DNA of 44,171 nt from contig CAWGED010000001.1 of assembly GCA_963821525.1 (NCBI GenBank), positions 1 through 44,171 on the forward strand, in the 5' to 3' direction. The position numbers and the translations under genes are program-made. Under the pieces are notes generated by a model. It ran no database searches, was not told where the DNA came from, and worked only from the letters and a program-made list of their open reading frames with translations. Source of the DNA: an uncultured Gemmatimonadales bacterium. GTDB taxonomy: Bacteria > Gemmatimonadota > Gemmatimonadetes > Gemmatimonadales > GWC2-71-9. Positions 22,017-31,351 of the stretch are shown one piece after another (the stretch's first letter is position 1; the number at the start of each line of letters is the position of its first letter).

Positions 22017-23062
22017 GTGAAAGAGCCTGCCACGGTCAGAGTTTACCTGTCCCTAGGATTGCGGTGGTCGGGTGCGGTGCCATCGCGCGCGCGTTCCATG
22101 TGCCGGCCCTGTTGCGGCACCGAGACGCCGCGAGACACCTCATCCTCGTGGACCGCGACGTCGAGAGGGCTCGTGCGCTCGCCGCCGAGTTCGGCGTTGA
22201 GCGGACCGCTGACAACTATCTCGATGTGCTCCCGGACGTCGATGGGATCGTCGTCACCGTGCCGCACCATCTCCACTACCGCATCGCGATGGACTGCCTT
22301 CGCGCAGGGAAGCACGTGCTCTGCGAGAAGCCGCTGTCCGAGGCCCCTCAGGAGGCACGGGAGTTGGTGGCGGCGGCGGATGCGGCGGGTGTCACGCTTG
22401 GCGGTCAATCACACGCGTCGGCTCTATCCGGTCTCGCGACGAATCTTCGAGCTGGTCCGCGACGGAGCCATCGGCAAGCTCCGGCGGATCGAATTCCTGT
22501 GGGGAGAGAAATTCGACTGGCCGGCCGCCTCGGGGTTCTATTTCGGCATCGGCGGCACAGCCGCATGGAGTTCTGTTAGACAAGGGCCCGCACGTGCTGG
22601 ACCTGATTTGCTGGTGGCTTGGGCGGCAAGCCGGAGGTAGTGTCCTGCTACGACGATTCGTTCGGGGGTGGCGAAGCGACCATCAGCCTCAAGCTTGCAA
22701 CGGAACGACTGTACAGTCGATATCGAGTTGAGCTCGCTAAGCCGCTACGCGAACACCTACTTCGCTCGAAGGCGACACCGGGCGCATCGAGGCCTCGCTT
22801 GTACGACTTCCGGAACCTTCGAATTGGTGTCCAGGGGCGGCGCACGACAGAAGGTCAAAATCGATACGCCGGCCCGCTCCATCGAAGATTCCGGCGAAAT
22901 CATGATCGACAATTTTCTCGCGGTAGTTAGCGGAACGGCGCGTCCATTAGTCTCCGGTGCGGACGTGCTGGACAGCGTGGTGCTGATCGACGAGTGCTAC
23001 GCCCGTCGTCAGCGGTACGATATGCCGTGGCATGAGCCTGGCGGCAGGTGCTTCATGGTTGA
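22017..23062 (+). CDS. Gfo/Idh/MocA family oxidoreductase (frameshifted)
   Basis: VVGCGAIA, VTVPHHLH...AGKHVLCEKPL, AVNHTRR and GAIGKLRRI, with a DKGPHVLDL segment near 22580. Confidence 0.9.
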
Positions 23063-24125
23063 ACGGGTTCTCATCACGGGCGCCGGCGGGTTCATCGGTG
23101 GGCGCATTGCCGAAGTCTTGCACTGCTCGGAGAAGATCTCCGTTCGGGCCGCCGTCCGCCGCTGGTCGAGCGCGGCTCGAATCGGCCGGTTCCCCATGGA
23201 AATCGTTCTGGCCGATGTCACAGACCTTGGCTCATGCCGCGAAGCCATGCGAGGAGTGAGCGCCGTGGTGCATTGCGCCGTCGGGCAACGGTGCAACAAA
23301 TCGCGCAGGCATGAAGAACGTGCTCGAGGCGGCATACCAGGAGGGCGTCAGGCGGGTGGTGCACCTGAGCACGGTAGCAGTCTTCGGGGATCGAACCGGC
23401 GACATCGACGAGACCATACCCCGGCGCGCACCGGAAACGAGTACGGCGACTCGAAGATCGATACCGAGGAACGTCTGCTGGGACTATGCCGCCCGGGGCC
23501 TGCCGGTCGTGGCCCTCCGGCCGAGCTGTGTTTATGGTCCATTCAGCGAAAACTGGACTGTCGAGTTCGCAAGTCGAATGGTGGCGGGACGCTGGATGCT
23601 GCCGCGGGCGTACTGTGAGGGGACCGCCAATCTGGTTTACGTAGACGACGTCGTGGCGGCCGTGGTGTGCGCTCTCCAGAGCGACAGCGGGATGAACGAG
23701 GCCTACAACATCAACGGGCCTGCAGCTGGACCTCACCTGGAATCAATACTTCGACGCGCTCAACGGCGCGCTCGGCTTTCCGCCTCTTAATCCTGAAGCG
23801 CCCAGCCACGGCCCGGTTGGCCACCGCCGCCATGCAACCAGTGCGCAAGGGGGCGAAATTCCTTCTCCGGCGATTCCAGAAGCCGATCCTCAACCTGTAC
23901 AAGCGAAACGCCCTCGCGAAGACCGTCATGAAGAAGGCCGAGGCACTCATCCGCCAGACCCCTACACCTGCGGAATATGAGTTATACAGCAGGAAAGTCG
24001 CCTTCCTCACGACCAAGGCCAGCCGGAACCTCGGGTACCATCCAACCATCGACATGGTGCGAGGTGTAGAGCTGAGCGCCGCCTGGCTGCGGCATCACAG
24101 GTACATCCCCCTCAGCGGGGCGTGA
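23055..24125 (+). CDS. NAD-dependent epimerase/dehydratase (extended SDR, frameshifted)
   Basis: VLITGAGGFIG, VVHCA, VVHLSTVAVFG, YGDSK (YxxxK), RPSCVYGP and NLVYVDDVV. Confidence 0.9.
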
Positions 24126-25246
24126 GTTGGCTCTCGCGCGACCCACTCACGATCGTTCACGTTGTTGCACCCGCTGTGGCTGGCGGGACCGAAAGCGTGA
24201 TTCGAGGGCTCGCGATCGGCCACCACCGCCAGGGCGCTCCAGGTTCACGTGGTCGGCGTAGTCGAGCCACGACAGGACGAGCATCCTTACCTGCGCTCCT
24301 TGAGTGATGCCGGGGTGCAGGTTCACGCCTTGAACCTCCCGGCACGCGCCTACCTCCGGGAGCGGCGACTAGTGCGCGACATCCTCGAGGCATGCCGTCC
24401 TGATGTCGTGCATACCCACGGGTTCAGACCGGACATTCTCGACGCACCACTGGCTCGGCGGCTCGGCATCCCCACGGTCACCACGCTTCATGGCTCGAGC
24501 ATGATGGGGACCCGCACCGGGCTATACGAATGGCTCCAACTTCGGCAGCTGAAACGGTTTAGCGCCGTCGTGCGCCGTCTCTCGCCCACTGGCGATCGAG
24601 CTCGAAGCCGCGGGTGTACCAGCCTCGCGGGTCCACTACATCCAGAATGGGTGGGTCCCCTCCGTCAGCCCGCTCGCCCGCGCCGACGCTCGGGCTGGTC
24701 TTGGCCTGGAGCGAGAGGATCTGGTGGTCGGCTGGGTCGCACGCCTCATCCCCGTGAAGGCCTGCGACGTCTTCCTGCGGGCCCTTGCCGACTGTCGCGG
24801 CTTGCCCTTGAAGGCGGCAATTGTGGGAGATGGTCCCGAACGCGCCGCCTTGGAGACCCTGACGGCGGAGCTTGGACTCCAGCACCAAGTGAAGTTTTGC
24901 GGGGCGCGACAACAAGCCGGGCAGTTCTTCTCAGCGTTCGACGCCTTCGTCCTCAGCTCGAAGAGCGAAGGAACACCCATGACCCTGCTCGAGGCCATGG
25001 CGGCAGGCGTTCCGATCGTCACTACTGAAGTCGGCGGGATACCCGACGTGGTGACGGCGACCGAGGCGCTGCTCGGTGCCTCCGGAGGATCCCGCCGCCC
25101 TCGGTCTCGCCATTCAGCAGTGCGTCGGGGACCCTGCCGCAGCTCGAACCCGGGCCGCAGCGGCAACCGGGAGGCTCGAGAGCGACTTCGGCGCCGAGAA
25201 GTGGCTGGCGAGCCACGAGGCCCTTTACCGGAGACTTCGCCGCTAG
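24122..25246 (+). CDS. Glycosyltransferase family 4 (frameshifted)
   Basis: VHVVAPAVAGGTE, PDVVHTHG, VTTLHG, VARLIPVKA and FVLSSKSEGTPMTLLEAMAAGVPIVTTEVGG. Confidence 0.88.
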
Positions 25247-26485
25247 GAGAGCTTAGACCAAGGAGCAGGCGAACCCGATGGTGGCAAGGTGGTTCGGACA
25301 CCAACACTCGAGAGCCAGGCCGACAGTCCAGCCAAGTCCTGCTCCTCTAGCAAGCTGTGTGTTGGAAGGGTATGAAGCCCTTGAGCTAGTTCACGTGCGC
25401 CACTGAACCGCTCCTCAAGATTCCGGACCCGCCCACCAAAGCCGTCAAGATCCGCGAGCACGCGCGGGTAGCCTGGAAAAATACCTCGCCGACGAGCGTC
25501 ATCGATCTGCCAAGCGCCAACCGCTGTTCCCGAGACCAGCAGCGGAAGCCGGAGATATCCCGGTTGCCCTTGACCAGAGATATCGAATCGCGCGGACGGA
25601 ACCATCTGGTCGGCAGCGCCGCGAGCAGCGTGGCGGCATTGAGCCGACGACGCTGGGCCTCCTCCTCTACACTGGCGATCGTATGCCGAAGGATGCCAGC
25701 CGAGGCGTGACTGAGCACCGAACCCGGACGAGGGCGACGGTAGATGGTCTCTCCCAGGCCCAGGAACGGGAGCGAAGCGGGAAGCGCATAGAGGAGCGGC
25801 CTTGCCAACGCCCATTGGACCCAGTCTTGGCCAGCTGCGCCAAGCCGGCGTTCGCGCTGCGTCAGCGTGTCGCCTGCTTCCCCGACCGGCGCGCTCAGAT
25901 CGTCCCGGTGGACAAGAAGGGCTCCACCTCCACCACCGGTCAGTCCCTTCCCTCGACCGAAGCTCAGAATCGAATTCCGCCGAATGAGCCCAGCGGACGG
26001 CCGTCATACCTGGCTCCGACTCCCTGAGCCGCATCCTCGATCAGGATGGACCCGGCAGCATCGGCAAGCGCTTGAGCCTGACGGAGGTCAACCGGGTGGC
26101 CGTAGAGGTGTGCCACGACCACTGCCGACGGCACCACGGCCGAGGGTTCGCTCGAAGGAGTTCCAATCGGGGCCCAGGGTATGGGGATCAAGGTCGTAGA
26201 GCAGGACATCGACACCTGCTCCATCGGCCGCCGTGGCGAGATCGTAGCAGCAGTAGGCTGGAAGTGCGACCGGACCCGAGCGGATCCGTTGTGCCGCGCG
26301 AATCGCCAGCGTGAGGGCGGTGGTTCCGCTATCGGTGAGAATCGCGAGCCGCGGATCAAAAGTGGCGCGGATCCATGAAAGCACTGCCTCCCGCGCGTCC
26401 CCTGCCCCACCAATGCCCGGGCACCCGCCCAAAGCGCCCCCAGCCGCAACGGGGAGTAAACCGGAGGGAGCCGGCGAAGCCTCAC
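25243..26485 (-). CDS. DegT/DnrJ/EryC1/StrS PLP-dependent aminotransferase family (frameshifted)
   Basis: DSGTTAL, LPAYCC, AHLYG, IEDAAQ and ILSFGRGKGLTGGGGGA (catalytic-Lys loop, read directly at about 25920-25970). Confidence 0.85.
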
Positions 26486-27508
26486 GGGATGTAGCGCACA
26501 ATTCGAGGACCCAGCGCCGTCGCGACCGGAAGTGGCAACCGGCGCCAGAGTCGCGGGCCCCAGGAAAACGCTCCCTGGTCCGGCGACGGAGTCGCCGTCG
26601 TGTCTCCCCGACCCTGCTGGTACCACCAGAGTTGCTCGTCGCGGGAACCCCACTGGCGCTTGAATCGATGAGTGCCTGAGCCCGGGGTGCAGCGGCCGAA
26701 GTTGAAAAGCGTCAGGCCTTGCTCCATCGCCCGCTCCATGAACGCCCAGTAGAGCAGCATGTTGGGGGCAAGCTTGCTGTAAGCGTAGAGCGACGAGGCC
26801 CAGGTCATTTCGAACTCCCCGCCCCACCGGAAGCCGGCGCCGCAGGCGACCGGCTTCTCACCCAACCATGCGCAGCCAAACCAGGCATCGGGAAACGAGT
26901 CCGCGATGGCCTCGAAAAACCGGCGCGGCTGCGTCGGGGTTCCCAGATCTCTCATGTGCGCGGAGAAGACTTCGAAGAAGGGATCGACCTGGTCTCGACC
27001 GAAACGGACCTCGACCCCTTCCTTCTGCGGGCCGGCGGATCTGGCTGCGGAGCTTGGAGTCGAAGCTCTTGAAGAGCGCCTGCGATCCCTGGGGTGGCAA
27101 ATCGAGCACGACGGTGATCTTGCGATGCGAGACGGGAAGATCGAGCGGGAGCTCCTGGCGGCTCCGGAGCTCGAGCAGCTTCACGCCATCCGTTGCAGCC
27201 CGCTCGGCGGCGGCAGCGGCGAGGGCCCGGACCGCCTCCGTCGTGCCTAGCGGTCCGCCGTAGTTGAAGAAAGGGAGCGAGACGAGGTAGTGGCCGAACA
27301 AGACACTGCGAACCCGGACCAGAGGCAGAATTCCTCCGATCGTGCCCTGCTCATTCCGCGCCACGAGATAGATGCACTCGTGCCCGAAGACGCCTTCGAA
27401 GATTCGCCGCCAATCGTAGAGATGAAAGTGAGTCCAGCCGGTGGAGCCTCGCACCGCCGCATCCCATTCGGCGGAGGATCCCTGGAAGGGCTCGACCCGG
27501 ACCGTCAC
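26482..27508 (-). CDS. FemAB-related GNAT protein, PEP-CTERM/XrtA-system associated (TIGR03019-like; frameshifted)
   Basis: FHLYDWRRIFEGVFGH, SVLFGHYLVSLPFFNYGG, KLRSQIRR, MRDLGTP, LAPNMLLYW, FNFGR and FKRQWG. Confidence 0.88.
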
Positions 27509-28383
27509 GCGTTGGCGCTCTGGTCGGCTCGCTGGGCTGAAGCCGCCATCTGAGGCAGGTCTCCGAATCGCTTGCGAACGCTGGTCCAGCGGAATTCCTG
27601 CAGCAGGCGTTCGAGGAGGGGGAGAGTGCGACCCAACCCGCCGTAATGACGTTGCCGTGTGAGCCAGCCTACCTCGAGCCGGGGTTGGTCTACATCAACC
27701 TCCCACGGATGGACGTAAAATGTGGCCGTCGCACCTCGCTCGGCATAGTCGCGGAAGGCTCGGCGAATGACGCCAAAAGGAAATTGCCGGAGATACCCTC
27801 CGCCGGCGGCCGGGGTCCTGAGTCCGAGGACATGGGTAACTGTCATCGGCAGCTCAAGCAGACTGCCGGCATCCCGGACGATGACGTGGGGCACCATGGC
27901 GGCCCGGGCGTAGCCGTAACCTCCCGGACGCCAGATAGGAAACAGGCTGGAGTCGTAACGGTAGCCTTCCTCCAGCAAGACATCGAAAGCCCATTCCAAC
28001 CCCGGAAGAATCGAGAAGGTCGGAGCCCGAAAGCCAAGGATGGCTTCGCCGCAGGCATCCTCCAGTGTGTGCTTCGCCTCCCGCACGTCCTCCCGAAACT
28101 GTTCCCGAGTCATCGTCGGAATCCGGCGATGCCAGAAGCCGTGAGAGGCGACTTCGTGACCGGCTCCGGAAATCCGCCGCACCAGCTGGGGGAAACGACG
28201 TGCCACCCATCCCAGCGTGAAGAACGTGCCATGCGCGCCGTGCCGAGCCAGCAGGTCGAGCAACACGTCGGTGTTCCGCTCCACTCGACTGGGATAGGAG
28301 TCCCAATCGGCCCGATCCACGACGCCCTCGAACGCGCTGACCTGGAAGTAGTCCTCCACGTCTACGGAAAAGATGTGGGGCGG
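27505..28383 (-). CDS. XrtA-system polysaccharide deacetylase (TIGR03006/DUF3473-like; start uncertain)
   Basis: FSVDVEDYFQVSAF, TFFTLGWVA, HEVASHG, GFRAPTFS, YDSSLFP, AGGGYLR and YVHPWEVD.DQPR. Confidence 0.9.
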   Translation of the reverse strand, partial: PPHIFSVDVEDYFQVSAFEGVVDRADWDSYPSRVERNTDVLLDLLARHGAHGTFFTLGWVARRFPQLVRRISGAGHEVASHGFWHRRIPTMTREQFREDVREAKHTLEDACGEAILGFRAPTFSILPGLEWAFDVLLEEGYRYDSSLFPIWRPGGYGYARAAMVPHVIVRDAGSLLELPMTVTHVLGLRTPAAGGGYLRQFPFGVIRRAFRDYAERGATATFYVHPWEVDVDQPRLEVGWLTRQRHYGGLGRTLPLLERLLQEFRWTSVRKRFGDLPQMAASAQRADQSANA

Positions 28384-28431
28384 GTCAGCCAGGGGCGGCA
28401 GGAGCGTGAGTCTGGAGGTGGGGCAAGGGGT

Positions 28432-28587
28432 AGGTGCTAGGTGTCAGGTGTCAGGTGTCAGGCGATAGGGATCAGGGCGACAAGGCAACAGGTGACGGGG
28501 CGATATGGGCATAGAACGACAGGGGGAAATCTAGTGGAACCAGAGCCGGCAACTGCAGTTCAACTGCAATCTGAAATCTTCAATCTG
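28432..28587. repeat. Two short heptamer tandem arrays
   Basis: AGGTGCT (AGGTGTC)x3 AGGCGAT AGGGATC from 28432, and CAATCTG AAATCTT CAATCTG at 28567-28587. Confidence 0.7.
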
Positions 28588-28608
28588 AATCGGCAGTCGG
28601 GCTACCCC

Positions 28609-28638
28609 AAAACAAACCCCGGGCGTTTCCGCCCGGGG
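28609..28638 (-). terminator. Rho-independent terminator of the PEP-CTERM gene
   Basis: Perfect 9-bp stem CCCCGGGCG-N4-CGCCCGGGG, followed on the minus strand by TTTGTTTT, 30 bp after the stop. Confidence 0.8.
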
Positions 28639-28667
28639 CTGGGGACGTGAGAGTCTTGAGGTGCTGA

Positions 28668-29432
28668 TCAGGCAGCGGGCTGGTTCTTCTTTCTCCGGCG
28701 GAAGAATCCGACCCCACCCATGCCAGCGAGACCAGTGGCCAGCAGCGTCATGCTGACCGGCTCAGGAGTCACCGTGGTGCAGGTCGCCGAGCGGCCGCCC
28801 GGACTGGTTCCAGTAAAGCACTCGGTCGCCTTGCCGGTTACGCCATCGAACCCGCGGAGGGAGATATCCGACTTCGACGGATCCCAGCTTCCCCCGGTGA
28901 TCTGGAAGGAGAACCGGGTCCACCCATTCCCCGCCAGATTGCTGGAGCACGGGTTCACAAAAATACTGGGGCCGGCATTGGGTGTCTGACTCGAGGAGGC
29001 GCAGCCACTCTGGATTCCGCCGTTCTGGAAGTCGGTCGCGCGGAGCCTGAAGTCCACGCCGAAGACCACCGACCCGTTGTTCTTCGTGTCCCACACCCCT
29101 GGGTTGGGCAGCTGCCCGTTGCTGGTCTGGCCGGTGACACTCATGCTGCCGGTGACCATATCGATTCCGGCCGGGACGTGGTAGAACCCGATGCCGTTAA
29201 AGATGCTGCCGGCATTGCTCTGGGTGCCGTAAGTCGCGGCCGTGTTCCCCGAGAGGTTCCAGACATCTACGGTGACGTTGTTGCCGACCACGGTGATGCG
29301 AACCGCCGCGCAGGTGGTGAAGGTGTCGCCGCCGCATACCCGATAGCTCTTGAAGCCGTCGGCTTTGGCGACACCGGGCAGCGCCATCAACAGCGCCGCT
29401 GCCGCCAGAAAAAGCTTCCCTCGGGTTACCAT
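28668..29432 (-). CDS. PEP-CTERM sorting-domain protein
   Basis: GAGG RBS, signal peptide MVTRGKLFLAAAALLMALPGVAKA, a G/S/T/N-rich body with 6 Cys, and a C-terminal TPEPVSMTLLATGLAGMGGVGFFRRRKK (PEP + TM helix + basic tail). Confidence 0.93.
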   Translation of the reverse strand: MVTRGKLFLAAAALLMALPGVAKADGFKSYRVCGGDTFTTCAAVRITVVGNNVTVDVWNLSGNTAATYGTQSNAGSIFNGIGFYHVPAGIDMVTGSMSVTGQTSNGQLPNPGVWDTKNNGSVVFGVDFRLRATDFQNGGIQSGCASSSQTPNAGPSIFVNPCSSNLAGNGWTRFSFQITGGSWDPSKSDISLRGFDGVTGKATECFTGTSPGGRSATCTTVTPEPVSMTLLATGLAGMGGVGFFRRRKKNQPAA

Positions 29433-29458
29433 GGTACACCTCAAGTGTATGTTGACTC

Positions 29459-29953
29459 TCACGCCGTCCCAGCGTGTCTCCATCCCTTGATCCCAAGCCA
29501 CCCGAATGCCAGGGGGTAACCGATCGCCTGTATCAGCGACTGCAGAATCGAGCGGTTCAGGCCGACGCGGAGCACCGGGTCCGTCACCGTTGCCGTCGCC
29601 ACCCCGATGTTCCTCCCCAGCAGGATCCCCGTCATAATCACCCAGACCGCCAACGACAGCAGGAGGATTGAAACCACTCTAAGCGTCCCCCGGGCTCCCC
29701 GCGCTACGGCAGATCCAAAGACCAGCGCGAGTCCGACAGCCAGCAGTGGGAGGTGTTCAAGAGTTGTCGTCGCGGTGCCGAATTCCCATTCGGCGTTCCC
29801 GAGCAAGGTCGGATACCAAGCCAAGACCAAGTCGGCTGCGGCCACCACCGAGAAGAGCCACCCCACACCACCTAGAAGGGACCACGCCGTTTCCGGTGCG
29901 GGCGACAGTTCAGCTCGCCCCTTCCCCTCCTGAACGAGAATCTTGGCGCTCAT
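29459..29953 (-). CDS. Four-TM membrane protein with EWEFGT motif (paralog 1)
   Basis: Intact 164-aa ORF with four hydrophobic segments, 26 bp upstream of the PEP-CTERM gene. Confidence 0.75.
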   Translation of the reverse strand: MSAKILVQEGKGRAELSPAPETAWSLLGGVGWLFSVVAAADLVLAWYPTLLGNAEWEFGTATTTLEHLPLLAVGLALVFGSAVARGARGTLRVVSILLLSLAVWVIMTGILLGRNIGVATATVTDPVLRVGLNRSILQSLIQAIGYPLAFGWLGIKGWRHAGTA

Positions 29954-29994
29954 CGGAGCCCCTCACTGAGTGCCACTCGTTCACGGCCTGTACA

Positions 29995-30010
29995 AGCACC
30001 GTTCGGGCCA
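29995..30010 (-). promoter_or_regulatory. Candidate sigma-54 promoter for the membrane protein/PEP-CTERM unit
   Basis: Minus strand TGGCCCGAACGGTGCT, 42 bp upstream of ATG 29953. Confidence 0.45.
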
Positions 30011-30103
30011 TCGTTACGAGTCTGAAATATTTTGGGCATGTTGTTGGGAGGCATAGATTTACTCCAAAATCCCACGTCCCGCTAGATGATCAAAATTGAG
30101 GGC

Positions 30104-30130
30104 TGTTGTGGTTCTGCCACAACAACTTAC
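30104..30130. promoter_or_regulatory. Palindromic operator/enhancer candidate with an IHF-like half-site
   Basis: Perfect TGTTGTGG-N5-CCACAACA overlapping CAACAACTTA (CAA-N4-TTR), about 95-115 bp upstream of the -24 motif. Confidence 0.4.
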
Positions 30131-30150
30131 GCCTGCTTGCGGTTCCGTCA

Positions 30151-30622
30151 TCAATGGCGGCTGAGGGTCCGACGCCAGCTCCAGATGCCCAGCGAGAGGA
30201 ATCCGACCGGGTAGATGAGGATCTGAACTGCGGTTTTTCCGACCGCCTTCTTGATCGCCGTGAGAGCAGTTGGGGAAGGGGCGGCGTTGTAGGCCTGGGG
30301 GACAACGGTGGCGTACAACCCGGCTGTCAGCCACATCAGAAGTGCAAGAAAAATACACACCAGCGCGAGGGACCGAACCCGTCCCCTGGCCCCCGCGGCC
30401 AACCCGGCGGCCATCAGGAATCCCAGGCCCAACCCGAAAATCGGCACGTTATCGAAGAACTCGCTCGCCGTCCCAAACTCCCACTCGATGACCCCGATCC
30501 GAAGCGGAAAGAGTGGGGCAAAGAGGCTTACTCCTCCCACGAGCCAGGAAAACCAGGCCGAGGACCGTGAAGATCTGCCAGGTCAGGGTGAACTCCGGCG
30601 GATTCGATCGGTTGGGAGACAC
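30151..30622 (-). CDS. Four-TM membrane protein with EWEFGT motif (paralog 2, one frameshift)
   Basis: GTG at 30622 reads SPNRSNPPEFTLTWQIFTVLGLVFL and continues into ORF 30151..30540 (FPLRIGVIEWEFGTASEFFDNVP...IYP...LGIWSWR). Confidence 0.7.
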
Positions 30623-30640
30623 GGAGGGTTCCGTCTGGGT

Positions 30641-31347
30641 TCAGTTGATAGTCACGTCTGTGTCGGCCCGCACCTTGAGCTGCCAGGTTGATCCGGTTAC
30701 TGGCACCAGAATGCCATTCCCTGACAGCGTGCCACCGAGGGGAGCGGGCGGCGTGGGTGGACCGATCCTGGCATCGAAAACCACGTCCAGCAGTCCGGAG
30801 CCGTCATTCACCCGAATCGCAACGTCGGTACCAACAGTGGAGATGTCGATGATAGTGGCGCCGGCCACCCCCACCAGCGCTGCATCGAGCAGGCGACTGT
30901 CCGCGGTCGCCGCAACGTGGGTCGACGCATTCACGGCGCGACGCCGAAACTGGCGACGATGCTCTGAGCGGGCCCCTGTGCGGTAATCGTGACCTCGGAG
31001 GGTATCGCGCCGGTCGCGACCAGGGAGTCCCCGCCCAGTCCGGTCGTATCCACCACCACCGTATAGCGACCCACGCTGACGCCGGTGAAGTTGACCAGCC
31101 CACCCGCATCGGTGACGCCGGTGGCAACCGGAATCGTTCCGCCGGGAGACACCAGATTCACCTTCACTCCTGCAAACAGCGTATCGGGGGCGTTGAAGGT
31201 CCCGGACCCGTCCCGGTCGAAGAAGGCACCGGCATTGATCACGTTGATCGCACCGACTCCGTGCGACAGGGATTCCCCGGCATTATCACAGCCGAGGCTC
31301 AGGCCCGCAGCGAGACAGGCGAGCGTGAGAGCACGCAGCGCGGTCAT
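30641..31347 (-). CDS. Lipoprotein with an SdrD-B/Cna-B-like Ig domain (frameshift near 30935)
   Basis: Lipobox LSLGC, then FFDRDGSGTFNAPD..FAGVKVNL...TDAGGLVNFTGVSVGRYTV. The C-terminal part is in ORF 30641..30934. Confidence 0.7.
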
Positions 31348-31351
31348 GGAA

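Noticed and set aside
22668..23618. Oxidoreductase-epimerase fusion suggested by the ORF track
   Set aside because: A separate ATG (23055) overlaps a likely TGA (23060-23062). The apparent fusion is best explained by one indel near 23036.
1..28383. Wholesale pseudogenisation or programmed frameshifting of the EPS locus
   Set aside because: Catalytic motifs, gene lengths and start/stop overlaps are preserved, and similar indels also hit the regulator, HNH and amidohydrolase genes. Sequencing error is the simpler explanation; raw reads are needed to settle it.
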